Positions 26,903-36,130 are shown, counted from the first letter of the stretch. The stretch: 64,000 bases of DNA from Bacteroidota bacterium (GCA_013288555.1 JABDBQ010000011.1:1820-65819); one strand, 5' to 3'. A program made the numbers and translations. The notes: a model not told the origin generated them from the sequence alone.

Positions 26903-27982
26903 TCAATTCAACAGGTTTCTGTACAACTCCGCCCTCGTTTTATTCACGATATCAATATGATAGGTTAGTATTATATCCTCATGCAATTGTTCCTCGAGAT
27001 CCTGTACAAGATTCGGATTATTTACCAGCTTTTTCATACTCAGGTACCAGGCTGATTTATAGTTGGTTTCTCTTATCACAAGACAATTGATCCCCGGCTT
27101 CGCTATTGCTTTATAAGGCATTACATCACTTACGATCATGGCCTTTTTCATAAAGCCGGCCTCGATCATTTTCAGTTCGCTTTTGCAGTTGTTAAACAGG
27201 TTATGGGTGAGAGGAGCGAGTGCGACATCAAACAAGTTATAGCCCTGCGCATAACTGAAAACATTTGCGGCATAGATCCGGTAATAGGTATTATCATTGC
27301 ATTCGAGTTGCCTGGTAAAAATATTTTCGAATTCCTGATACATTCCTGACGTGTCATCTTTACTAAAACCCATGAGATAAAGCTGGTACTTATACTTTAG
27401 TGTTTCATCAGAATTCAGTATTTTAAAACTGTTTTCCATGAGTTTAATATCTTCCTTATGACAAACGCCGCCCACCCAGCCAAATCGTGTCAGGGAAGAA
27501 GGAGCGGGATTGATTTCGAATTGTGGCTGGGCGGGATCAATGGCGTTTGGCAGGACCGTCACATAAGGGTTTATCCTTTTGATCAGGTCTGCAAAAAAGG
27601 GGGTAGTGGTGGTTATATGATCTGAATTTTTTAAACTAACTAACGTTTGTTCGCTTATTTTCTCTTTGGCATAAGCGGTATATAAAAGATGCCCGGGATA
27701 CAATTCCCAATAATCATCGATATCCAGTATGGAAATAATTCCAAGCTTTTTCAAACGGTACAGGACTTCTTTTGAATTTCCGTTCCAGGAAACCATTCGG
27801 CTGAACTGTATCAATTGAAACTGTCTCAGAAAATCATCGCTCGCCGACTCGATCTCATTGATCTGGTGTACCTCAAATTCATCTTTATAATGACTGTTGA
27901 GATGGTAATGCGGTATCAGCTGGCGATGGTATTCCACGCCGGTTAAATGCGTATTTACGACGATCAGGATTTTAGTTCTCAT
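26903..27982 (-). CDS. Phage-associated glycosyltransferase (GT-B fold)
   Basis: GVEYHR, LDIDDYW, VLPNAID, FGWVGG..H..D, FNNCKSELKMIEAG, SDVMPY. Confidence 0.85.
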   Translation of the reverse strand: MRTKILIVVNTHLTGVEYHRQLIPHYHLNSHYKDEFEVHQINEIESASDDFLRQFQLIQFSRMVSWNGNSKEVLYRLKKLGIISILDIDDYWELYPGHLLYTAYAKEKISEQTLVSLKNSDHITTTTPFFADLIKRINPYVTVLPNAIDPAQPQFEINPAPSSLTRFGWVGGVCHKEDIKLMENSFKILNSDETLKYKYQLYLMGFSKDDTSGMYQEFENIFTRQLECNDNTYYRIYAANVFSYAQGYNLFDVALAPLTHNLFNNCKSELKMIEAGFMKKAMIVSDVMPYKAIAKPGINCLVIRETNYKSAWYLSMKKLVNNPNLVQDLEEQLHEDIILTYHIDIVNKTRAELYRNLLN

Positions 27983-28506
27983 CTGTACATGAATTGTTTG
28001 AACTGTGGGTTTTTGCGGATGCGTTCTTTTACTTTATTCACAGTGTAACGAATGCTGTTGCGGTTGATCCGGGTTTTCCGTGCCAGCTTACGGGCGCTGT
28101 TCAGATCCATCACTGCCCTGAAAAGCTCACGCTCATACCAATCCATTTTATCCAGTTCCTTATTTATAAAGTTGATGATTTCTGTATCATCTTCTTCCAT
28201 CGCATCAGACTTTTCGGCCCATATTGTTGCCACTCCGGGCATATATTTTATCACCTTATCCATATGCCTGTATTTAAGAGAAAAAGTACTGGTTTGTGAG
28301 TGGTACAAATTATTGATGATCCTTTTCGCGAACAGCCTGAACCATTCTTTCGAATAAACCTCTGGCAGGTTATCGTATGTGAGTAAAGCAAAAATAAATT
28401 CCTGGTAGAGGTCATCTACAAGGTCGCGGCGGGCTATTTTACGGCAGAGATCCTTATAGTACCTACAGCGGCTGATTTCTATAATAATATGATTGTTGGT
28501 TTTCAT
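27979..28506 (-). CDS. ECF-like RNA polymerase sigma factor of phage origin
   Basis: 175 aa; region-2-like DDLYQEF; region-4 HTH SARKLARKTRINRNSIRYTVNKVKERI; ATGA overlap with the glycosyltransferase. Confidence 0.7.
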   Translation of the reverse strand: MKTNNHIIIEISRCRYYKDLCRKIARRDLVDDLYQEFIFALLTYDNLPEVYSKEWFRLFAKRIINNLYHSQTSTFSLKYRHMDKVIKYMPGVATIWAEKSDAMEEDDTEIINFINKELDKMDWYERELFRAVMDLNSARKLARKTRINRNSIRYTVNKVKERIRKNPQFKQFMYR

Positions 28507-28519
28507 TGTTTTGTGATTG

Positions 28520-28630
28520 GTGATTTGAAACTTGAAATTGGAAATTAGAAACTTGAAACTTGTGATTTGAAATTTGTGATTTGAAATTTGAAATTAGTAA
28601 ATGGTAAATGGTAGTTGGTAAATGGTCAGT
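28520..28630. repeat. Heptamer tandem repeat tract (GAAACTT/GAAATTT/GTAAATG)
   Basis: Consecutive degenerate 7-mers; similar tracts at ~6490-6522, 18185-18212 and 48100-48180. Confidence 0.7.
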
Positions 28631-28642
28631 GATTGTATCGCG

Positions 28643-28756
28643 TTTTTAATGTACATATATAGTGAAGTGGCAAAGTGGGTGGATGGTTTTGAAAAATAAT
28701 TTTCAATCAATTTTTAATCAATACGTTACAAGCGAAAATATTTTTGAAAATGTTTT
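28643..28756 (-). promoter_or_regulatory. Dispersed motif P, copy B, upstream of the phage sigma gene
   Basis: Reverse complement CCACCCACTTTGCCACTTCACTATATATGTAC; exact IHF consensus AATCAATACGTTA at 28716-28728. Confidence 0.7.
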
Positions 28757-28850
28757 ACTTTTCTAAAAACCGGTCTGATTTTAGTCTTCGAAGCAGGCTT
28801 TCACTTACGCCTTGCCCCCTTATTCCTTACGCCTCCTTTCAGGACGTATT

Positions 28851-28991
28851 TACAAATTTTGTTGGTATTTGCTCGTTTATTACAATAATAGTTGTATATT
28901 TGTAGCACATATTGGCATATTTTAAAATTGTGAGGAGCAAATATACTACTATAGTTGTAATTACAATGAAGTTTGTACAATTATTTTTGTA
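28851..28991. promoter_or_regulatory. Operator array TACAA-N6-TTGTA with face-to-face -7 promoters
   Basis: Sites 28881-28896, 28944-28959 (TACTA variant), 28962-28977, 28976-28991, degenerate 28851-28866; TATATTTG at 28895-28902 (+) and 28938-28945 (-). Confidence 0.75.
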
Positions 28992-29851
28992 AAAATATTA
29001 TGAATAAATTAACGGTTTCAAACTCAGATAGTTTCCGCGAACGCATTGGATATTTCCACAAAGAATTCCTGGGAATGCCTCAATATGTCTTCGCCGAAAG
29101 CATCGGTCTTGGACAGGAAAGGGTACGCAAAAGCCTCATGCCGGGAAAGCAACCCACCGCTGAATTTTTTGAAGCTATCTTCAACACCTACCCCGATCTG
29201 AATCCGGATTGGATCTTTACCGGGCGAGGCGCAATGCTTCATTCCAAAGAGGAGACGCTCACACCCTATATGGCTCAAGAATCATTTTCAAAACCAAGCT
29301 CAGAACAAGTGTCAGGCAAAAACCTCCGCGTGCTTTGTATTACCAACGACTCATCAGGCAATGAAAACGTGGAAGTGGTGAATACCAAAGCCGCCGCAAG
29401 CTATATCGACAATATACAGGAGCCGCAGTTCCTTTCCAGTCTGCCCAAGATAAGCCTGCCGGGCAATGTCTTCCGTGGCGGCACCTTCAGGGCCTTTGAG
29501 GTAAAGGGAAACAGTATGGAGCCTACCATTCAGCAGGGCTCATGGGTAATTGGTCAGTATGTACAAGACTGGTTGACGCTCAAAGATGATTATATCTATA
29601 TCGTGGTGATGCAGGATGCTATACTTATCAAACGGATTCTCAACCGTATTGATAAGCGACAAGGCCTCGTGCTGAAAAGCGATAACCGCGAATATGAAAA
29701 TAAAAACATTGACATTGACGAAGTAAAAGAACTCTGGCTATTGAAAGCCGAAATGCGCTACGACTTTAAAAACCCGAGCAAGGAAATGTATCTGCAACTT
29801 CAACATCTGATGGCTGATGTGGAAGATATTAAGAATAAGATCGGGCTTTAG
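28973..29851 (+). CDS. XRE-HTH / S24 peptidase repressor (CI/LexA-like); likely start ATG 29000
   Basis: N-terminal HTH and NPDWIFTGRG; AAASY cleavage-like site; FEVKGNSMEP (Ser) and LIKRI (Lys); LKSDN. Confidence 0.9.
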   Translation: MYNYFCKNIMNKLTVSNSDSFRERIGYFHKEFLGMPQYVFAESIGLGQERVRKSLMPGKQPTAEFFEAIFNTYPDLNPDWIFTGRGAMLHSKEETLTPYMAQESFSKPSSEQVSGKNLRVLCITNDSSGNENVEVVNTKAAASYIDNIQEPQFLSSLPKISLPGNVFRGGTFRAFEVKGNSMEPTIQQGSWVIGQYVQDWLTLKDDYIYIVVMQDAILIKRILNRIDKRQGLVLKSDNREYENKNIDIDEVKELWLLKAEMRYDFKNPSKEMYLQLQHLMADVEDIKNKIGL

Positions 29852-29954
29852 GCATTAAGAATAGAGGTTAGGAACTGCAATTGCAGGAAGCCTGATTTAC
29901 CTCAGTATTATTCATGATGCAAATCAGTCAGCGCATGGAATCATTCGTTCAATT

Positions 29955-31379
29955 TTGCGAATTAGTCTAATCCGCAAAATAATCATGAAGCAAAGTCGCA
30001 TCGTTATTGAAAACGAATTCAGTATAACCGTCCTCCTGAATGAAAAACTGGAGCCCATTTACAGAAGCCCATCTTTCGAAAAAATACTCGGTTGGACCCC
30101 TGAAGAATTAATAGCGATGGTTCCGGGAACCTTAGTTCATCCTGATGATGTGGGATTATGGCAATTATTAATTGAAGAAACAAAGACAGAACCGGGAAAA
30201 GAATGCCATGCAGTGATACGAATAAAAAACAAAGCCGGCAACTATTTATGGATGGAAAAAATGAGAGTTAACAGGCTGAATGACCCTGACTGCGGTGCCA
30301 TTGTTATTAATATGCATGACATTACAAGGTATAAAGAAAAGGAAAAAGAGCTTAACAAAAACATGCTTAATTTTAACAAGGCGCAATCCATAGGACATGT
30401 GGGAAATTGGGAGCTTGATTTCTCCAAAGGATACGCGATATGGTCTGAGGAACATTGCAGAATTTACGGGCTTGAAACCGATGATAACAAGCATACTTAT
30501 GAGTCATGGCTCAGTTTAATCCATCCCCAGGACCTGGCGTATGTCAAACATGAAATTGCGACTGCCAAAATTTCTTTCAGCAAATCTTCGATTCATCACA
30601 GGATTCTATTGAAAGATGGAAGTGTAAAATATCTGCTTACAGAGTGTCGTTATGAATTTAATGCAGAGGGGAACCCTATTGGCATGTACGGAATTGCTCA
30701 TGACGAGACAGATAAAGTAAATTCAAAAAACAAGCTCATACACAATGAGATGAGAATGAAAGAAGCCCAGGCCTTAGCCCACGTCGGGCATTGGGAGCTC
30801 GATTTTAATACCGGCATAGGTATCTGGTCTGACGAATCATTGAAAATATATGGTTTGGGGCCGGACGAATACGTCCAGTCTTATGACTCATGGCTTTCTT
30901 TTATTCATCCTGAAGACATGGATTACGTAATGAAAGTAATCAAAGATGGTGAAAAAGATTTTCGGGGATCTTCTTTTGTTCACAGAATTATCAAAAAAGA
31001 TGGCACTATCAGGTGGATACACTCTCAAAGCAGGTTCGATTTTGATAAGGACAGAAAACTGATAGGCCTTCATGGCGTTTCCCATGATATTACCGAGGCA
31101 AAAGAAGCAGAAGACAAAATAATGGCACAGCTCGAAATTCTAAGAGAAATATCATCCATGCAATCACACCAGGTAAGATCACCTATTTCGAGCCTTTTGG
31201 GTCTGATCAATCTTATCGATTTTGACAACCCTTCCTCCACACTTAATTTTGAAATAATAAGCAAGGTAAAAATTGTTGGGGAAAAGCTCGACGAAACCAT
31301 ACACAACATTGTCTCAAAAACAAATGAAGTAGAAATTTTGAATGGAGATGAAGCTATTTTCAATTCCAGTTATGCGTAG
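29955..31379 (+). CDS. Multi-PAS sensor protein with HisKA-like tail and no HATPase domain; likely start ATG 29985
   Basis: Three PAS/PAC repeats (HPDD, HPQD, HPED); SHQVRSPI; ends ~70 aa later. Confidence 0.8.
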   Translation: MRISLIRKIIMKQSRIVIENEFSITVLLNEKLEPIYRSPSFEKILGWTPEELIAMVPGTLVHPDDVGLWQLLIEETKTEPGKECHAVIRIKNKAGNYLWMEKMRVNRLNDPDCGAIVINMHDITRYKEKEKELNKNMLNFNKAQSIGHVGNWELDFSKGYAIWSEEHCRIYGLETDDNKHTYESWLSLIHPQDLAYVKHEIATAKISFSKSSIHHRILLKDGSVKYLLTECRYEFNAEGNPIGMYGIAHDETDKVNSKNKLIHNEMRMKEAQALAHVGHWELDFNTGIGIWSDESLKIYGLGPDEYVQSYDSWLSFIHPEDMDYVMKVIKDGEKDFRGSSFVHRIIKKDGTIRWIHSQSRFDFDKDRKLIGLHGVSHDITEAKEAEDKIMAQLEILREISSMQSHQVRSPISSLLGLINLIDFDNPSSTLNFEIISKVKIVGEKLDETIHNIVSKTNEVEILNGDEAIFNSSYA

Positions 31380-31541
31380 TATCACGGCTCCTTATTTTTA
31401 AACTAACAGCTTACTGATCCAGAATCCGGCTCAAGTTAATCTCTAATAACCTCAACCTTGCCCCCGGAACCTATATCGTACAGGTAATATCTGAAACCGG
31501 GCAGGGAAGCAAAATGCCGGTGATAAGAAAATGACCAATGA

Positions 31542-32657
31542 TCAATGATCATCTTTAAGATTGAGCAAGTAGTGTGTGCTACGTCCCCCACCTTCAATGA
31601 TGAATGCTTTAATCCCTGAGAGGTGTTGTAAGTCCCTTGTCGCAGTGGCTTTTGTGGTTTTCGCGATGGCTATATATTTCGCTGCGCTCATGCCACCTTC
31701 AAATCCCTCAGGGCCAGCATCAAACATCCTTTTCATTACTTTTAGCTGACGCTCATTGAGCATATCCTTGAAATGATCGAAGAACTTCGTTTTCTTCAAG
31801 GTGAAATCTATGAGTTGTCGCGCTTGTCGCTGAGCCAGAAGAATCGTTTCTATGAAATATTTTATCCATGGAGAAATATGGTTGCTTCGTTGCCCTTTTT
31901 CCAATGCTGCATAGTATTGCCGTTTATTGACTTCTATGGTTTTCGAAAGGCTTAGTAATACAGGACGTTTCAATGTTTGCGACAAGGCTTTTTCAGCAAT
32001 GGCACGTCCGATCCTTCCATTACCATCTTCGAAAGGGTGGATAGACTCAAAATACAAATGCGCAATGGCAGACCTTACCAGAGCTTTTTTGATCTGCTTT
32101 TTGCCCCCCGGCGCCGTTTCATTAAACCATGCAATAAACCGATCCATTTCGGAGGGTACCTGTTTTGAAGATGGCGCCTCAAAGTGAATTTTTTCTTTGC
32201 CTGCCGCACCTGAAATCACCTGCATAGGCTCTTTATGCGAACGCCATTTCCCGATCTGCAACCCGCGACTGCCTTCCATCAGCATTTTATGCCAGGAAAA
32301 TAATTTTTCTTTGCTTAATGGTTCCTGGTAGGTTTGCCTTACATCTACCATCAAACTACCAATGCCATGCACCCTTTTGTCGCGGACATTTGCGGGTTTC
32401 CTGTTCAACCCCAGATTATTCCGGATAGAAGAAACCACATCCTGCCTGTTGAGGTATTCTCCTTCTATCTCAGAAGTTTTTATAGCCTCCGAAACCATCA
32501 TGTTTACCAAAGTATCCGACTGCGAATCTTTTGACAAGGCATTCAGAATACCTGAAACACGTCCCATCTCTTCCGCAAAAGAGAACATAATATCCTCTAT
32601 TTCTGTGATATCGTATTTGAAATCAGGCCAGTCAGGCTGTTGCCAGTTATAAATCAT
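31542..32657 (-). CDS. Fic family protein (DUF4172 N-terminus, C-terminal wHTH)
   Basis: MIYNWQQPDWP start; HPFEDGNGRIGR Fic motif; TKATATRDL. Confidence 0.9.
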   Translation of the reverse strand: MIYNWQQPDWPDFKYDITEIEDIMFSFAEEMGRVSGILNALSKDSQSDTLVNMMVSEAIKTSEIEGEYLNRQDVVSSIRNNLGLNRKPANVRDKRVHGIGSLMVDVRQTYQEPLSKEKLFSWHKMLMEGSRGLQIGKWRSHKEPMQVISGAAGKEKIHFEAPSSKQVPSEMDRFIAWFNETAPGGKKQIKKALVRSAIAHLYFESIHPFEDGNGRIGRAIAEKALSQTLKRPVLLSLSKTIEVNKRQYYAALEKGQRSNHISPWIKYFIETILLAQRQARQLIDFTLKKTKFFDHFKDMLNERQLKVMKRMFDAGPEGFEGGMSAAKYIAIAKTTKATATRDLQHLSGIKAFIIEGGGRSTHYLLNLKDDH

Positions 32658-32730
32658 GAGCCAAATATACAACTTATTCGGCTCATAATATCACAATTTT
32701 TGAGCCGAATAGACATTTTATTCGGCTCAT
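32656..32730. promoter_or_regulatory. Two 12-7-12 palindromic operators over the fic promoter
   Basis: ATGAGCCAAATA-N7-TATTCGGCTCAT (32656-32686) and TTGAGCCGAATA-N7-TATTCGGCTCAT (32700-32730). Confidence 0.7.
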
Positions 32731-32857
32731 CCAGTTAGTTGAATGCAGTTGACCGTGCTTATCGTAGTCAGATCTAAAAGTATAAATACAGCAGTCAGGA
32801 TGAATATCTACAAGTAAATCACTACTTACTTCTCACCTTTCACTTCTGACTCTTAAA

Positions 32858-34333
32858 TCAAATCTCTTTCCTCAACCTCGCCACCGGAATATTCAGCTGT
32901 TCGCGGTATTTGGCTACTGTACGACGTGCAATATTATACCCTTTTTCGTTGAGCATGCTCGTGAGTTTCTCATCGGTAAGTGGACGTTTTTTGCTCTCTT
33001 TGCCGATATACTCTTTCAGAAATTCCTTCACTTCCCGGTTCGAAACTTCATCACCAGATTCGGTCTGGATACCTTCTGAGAAAAACTCTTTTAATGAAAA
33101 TATACCGAAATCTGTCTGTACATATTTGCTGTTTGCCACCCGGCTCACCGTGGAAATATCCATTCCGATCCGGTCTGCGATATCTTTCAGGATCATTGGG
33201 TTCAGCTTTTCAATATCTCCCGTTAAAAAGAAATCCTTTTGAAATTCCACAATGCATTTCATCGTCTGCAGCAGGGTGTTCTGTCGCTGCTTGATTGCAT
33301 CGATAAACCACTTGGCGCTATCCAGTTTTTGTTTGATAAACTGTACCTGATTTTTGAGGGCCTTGTTCTTAGTCGTACTTTCATTATAACCTTTCAGGGT
33401 TTCGGCATAGCCGCGGTTCACACGAAGTTCGGGGGCATTTTTAGAGTTAAGGCTTACCTGGATTTCATTGTCAAGCGTTGTAACTATAAAGTCAGGGATA
33501 ATATATTGTGCCTTTACATTTATCTGGCTTTCACCGGGTTTGGGGTTGAGATGTGTAATGGTATCGATTACACCTTTCAGGTCGTCACGGTCTATTTTCA
33601 GCGACTTCATCAGCTTGTCGTAGTGCTTCTTGGCTAGGTCGTCCATGTGGTGGTGGATGATCTTTTTGGCCTGCTGCACTTCATGGGTCTGTTCCATTTT
33701 ACTTAGCTGGATGGTCAGACATTCTTCAAGACTTCGAGCACCGATACCCGGCGGGTCAAAACTCTGAATAATATGTAATATACGTTCGAGTTCGTGTTCA
33801 TCGGTCTGCAGCTGGTTAAGAAAAGCGAGATCATTGGCGATACTTTTCAAGGGGCGGCGCAGGTAGCCATCTTCTTCCAGCATTCCTATAAGATGTCCTG
33901 CCAGAATTTTTTCGCGTTCGTTGAGATCCACAGCATTCAGTTGCTCGTAAAGCACATCATACAAAGTATTTACGTTGGCTATCGGCAGTTCACGTTTTTC
34001 CTCGTTGGGATCTGTCTGACCGCTATAGGCATAATCATCCCCATCATCCCCGATATATTCATCCAGCCCGGTTTCATAATCGTCATAGTCATTATCTTCA
34101 TTTTCATCACTATCATCAAAATCATTTTCAGATTCCGCCTCAAATTTCTCTTCTTCAGGTTCTTCACCCTCCGAAGATTCAGTTTTTTCGGTTTCGAGGG
34201 CAGGATTTTCCGTGATCTCCTCATCTACCCTTTTCTCCAGCTCCTGGGTGTTCAGCTGGAGCAACTGGATAAATTGTATCTGCTGTGGCGATAGTTTTTG
34301 AAGTAGTTTCTGACTTAGTCCTTGTTTTAACAT
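32858..34333 (-). CDS. rpoN: RNA polymerase sigma-54 factor
   Basis: Q-rich N-terminus, DPPGIGAR, ISTVSR, RpoN box ARRTVAKYR. Confidence 0.97.
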   Translation of the reverse strand: MLKQGLSQKLLQKLSPQQIQFIQLLQLNTQELEKRVDEEITENPALETEKTESSEGEEPEEEKFEAESENDFDDSDENEDNDYDDYETGLDEYIGDDGDDYAYSGQTDPNEEKRELPIANVNTLYDVLYEQLNAVDLNEREKILAGHLIGMLEEDGYLRRPLKSIANDLAFLNQLQTDEHELERILHIIQSFDPPGIGARSLEECLTIQLSKMEQTHEVQQAKKIIHHHMDDLAKKHYDKLMKSLKIDRDDLKGVIDTITHLNPKPGESQINVKAQYIIPDFIVTTLDNEIQVSLNSKNAPELRVNRGYAETLKGYNESTTKNKALKNQVQFIKQKLDSAKWFIDAIKQRQNTLLQTMKCIVEFQKDFFLTGDIEKLNPMILKDIADRIGMDISTVSRVANSKYVQTDFGIFSLKEFFSEGIQTESGDEVSNREVKEFLKEYIGKESKKRPLTDEKLTSMLNEKGYNIARRTVAKYREQLNIPVARLRKEI

Positions 34334-34427
34334 TTATATACCCCTAATTTTGCAACGCCGCACTTTAAAATTAACTTACGCAAATATATAAACATTTCGC
34401 AAGCCTTTTCACTCAAATAGAACCGTT

Positions 34428-35960
34428 ATGCCAGTTTTAACTAAAAAATTTGTCTACATCTCCGATTTAAAAAAACATGAAGGCCAACAGGTGGTACTAC
34501 AGGGATGGGTGCAAAACCGCCGCGATAGCAAGGGCATCGTATTTATTGTCCTGCGCGATGGAACAGGTTTCATCCAATGTGTCATCCTTGAAGACGTAAT
34601 AGGTGTAGAATTGTTCGACAAAGTAAAACGCCTTGGCTTGGAAAGTTCTCTCAGGATAACCGGAACTGTTAAGACCGATGAAAAACAAACGGGAGGTTAT
34701 GAAATACAGGCAGATGCCGTAGAAATATTTTCAGAAGCCGAAGAATACCCGATCGGAAAAAAAGATCATGGGGTTGATTTTCTCCTCAGTCGCAGGCATT
34801 TATGGCTTCGTTCCAAAAAGCAGTGGGCCATTATGCGTATCCGCAACCAGATCATTTATTCCATCCATAACTTCTTCCAGAACAGGGGATTTGTGCAGAT
34901 GGATTCACCCATATTTACCGGTAACGCTGTGGAAGGAACCACCAACCTTTTTGAAACTGAATTTTTTGATCAGCCTGCTTATCTAAGCCAAAGTGGGCAG
35001 CTCTATGGTGAAGCGATGGCAATGGCGATGGGCAAGATATATACTTTCGGCCCAACATTCAGGGCAGAAAAATCTAAGACCCGCAGGCACTTATCAGAGT
35101 TTTGGATGATAGAACCTGAGATGGCATTCTATGACCTGGAAATGGATATGGATGTGATTGAGGATTTTATACGCACTGTGGTTGGCGACGTCATTGAAAA
35201 ATGCAAAGAAGAACTGGCCATTATCGAAAGAGATTTGACCAAACTTGAAACCGTTGTAAAACCTTTTCCAAGAATATTATATGATGATGCGGTTTCCATA
35301 ATTCGTGGGGAAAAAGATGTGGACGGAAAGAACGCCATCAAGACATTAGAACAAGATCTGGAAAATATCAAAACCCGGATCAGCGAGATAAAAACCGATA
35401 TCGAAATCCGCGAACAATCCCTAAAACAGGCAGGATTGAAAAAGGGCGTTATTGCTTTTAATGAGGAAAAAGTCCGCCAGCTGAAACTGGAACTCAAAGA
35501 CCTCGAAGAAGACGAACGCAATATCCCAAACTGGCTGGAATCGGCAAAGAATTTCAAGCGCGGGGAAGATTTCGGCGGAAGCGATGAAACGGTGATTACC
35601 CGGATGTTCGACACACCTATTATGGTGTATAACTGGCCCAAAGCCGTCAAGGCTTTCTACATGAAAGAAGATGCACCGGGTATTGCAAAAGGAGTGGACG
35701 TTCTTGCCCCTGAAGGTTATGGCGAAATCGTTGGCGGCGGCGAACGTGAAACTGATATCAATAAATTGCTGGAAGCCATTCATCATCACCAACTCCCTAT
35801 GGAAGCTTTTGAATGGTACCTGGACCTCAGAAGATTCGGATCTGTACCACATAGTGGTTTCGGCCTTGGTTTAGAACGCATTATATGCTGGGTTTGCAAG
35901 CTGCCTCACGTCAGGGAATCTATTCCATTCCCGAGGTTTGTAGGGAATTTGTTTCCTTAA
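34428..35960 (+). CDS. asnS: Asparagine--tRNA ligase with coiled-coil insertion
   Basis: LRDGTG OB fold, YLSQSGQLY, FRAEKSKTRRHLSEFWMIEPE, PHSGFGLGLER. Confidence 0.93.
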   Translation: MPVLTKKFVYISDLKKHEGQQVVLQGWVQNRRDSKGIVFIVLRDGTGFIQCVILEDVIGVELFDKVKRLGLESSLRITGTVKTDEKQTGGYEIQADAVEIFSEAEEYPIGKKDHGVDFLLSRRHLWLRSKKQWAIMRIRNQIIYSIHNFFQNRGFVQMDSPIFTGNAVEGTTNLFETEFFDQPAYLSQSGQLYGEAMAMAMGKIYTFGPTFRAEKSKTRRHLSEFWMIEPEMAFYDLEMDMDVIEDFIRTVVGDVIEKCKEELAIIERDLTKLETVVKPFPRILYDDAVSIIRGEKDVDGKNAIKTLEQDLENIKTRISEIKTDIEIREQSLKQAGLKKGVIAFNEEKVRQLKLELKDLEEDERNIPNWLESAKNFKRGEDFGGSDETVITRMFDTPIMVYNWPKAVKAFYMKEDAPGIAKGVDVLAPEGYGEIVGGGERETDINKLLEAIHHHQLPMEAFEWYLDLRRFGSVPHSGFGLGLERIICWVCKLPHVRESIPFPRFVGNLFP

Positions 35961-36130
35961 TCAGGCGTAAGGGATAAGGCGTAAGGCGTAAGTGGCTGGC
36001 AAAAGTAATTCACAGTACTTTGCCTCTAATCACATTTGAATTCATATTGGGGCCAAGCTATCATGTATAAAAAAATCAACTTTCTTTACATGACAACCCC
36101 CTCATGTATAAATTTTATACATGAAGGCCT

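Larger units (their letters stand above)
19983..29851. mobile_element. Defective or domesticated prophage-derived cassette
   Basis: Terminase, tail chaperone frameshift pair, gp10-like, DUF1566 virion protein, holin-like genes, phage sigma, CI-like repressor; no integrase, capsid or portal seen. Confidence 0.85.

Noticed and set aside
19983-28506. Alternative genetic code (TGA reassignment) in the phage genes
   Set aside because: Several cassette genes end in TGA, including an ATGA stop/start overlap at 27979-27982; only one internal TGA was seen.
28660-28690. Motif P as a sigma-54 promoter (TGGCA present; rpoN and IHF sites nearby)
   Set aside because: No TGC at the required -12 spacing on either strand, and TGGCA is not conserved in position across the copies.
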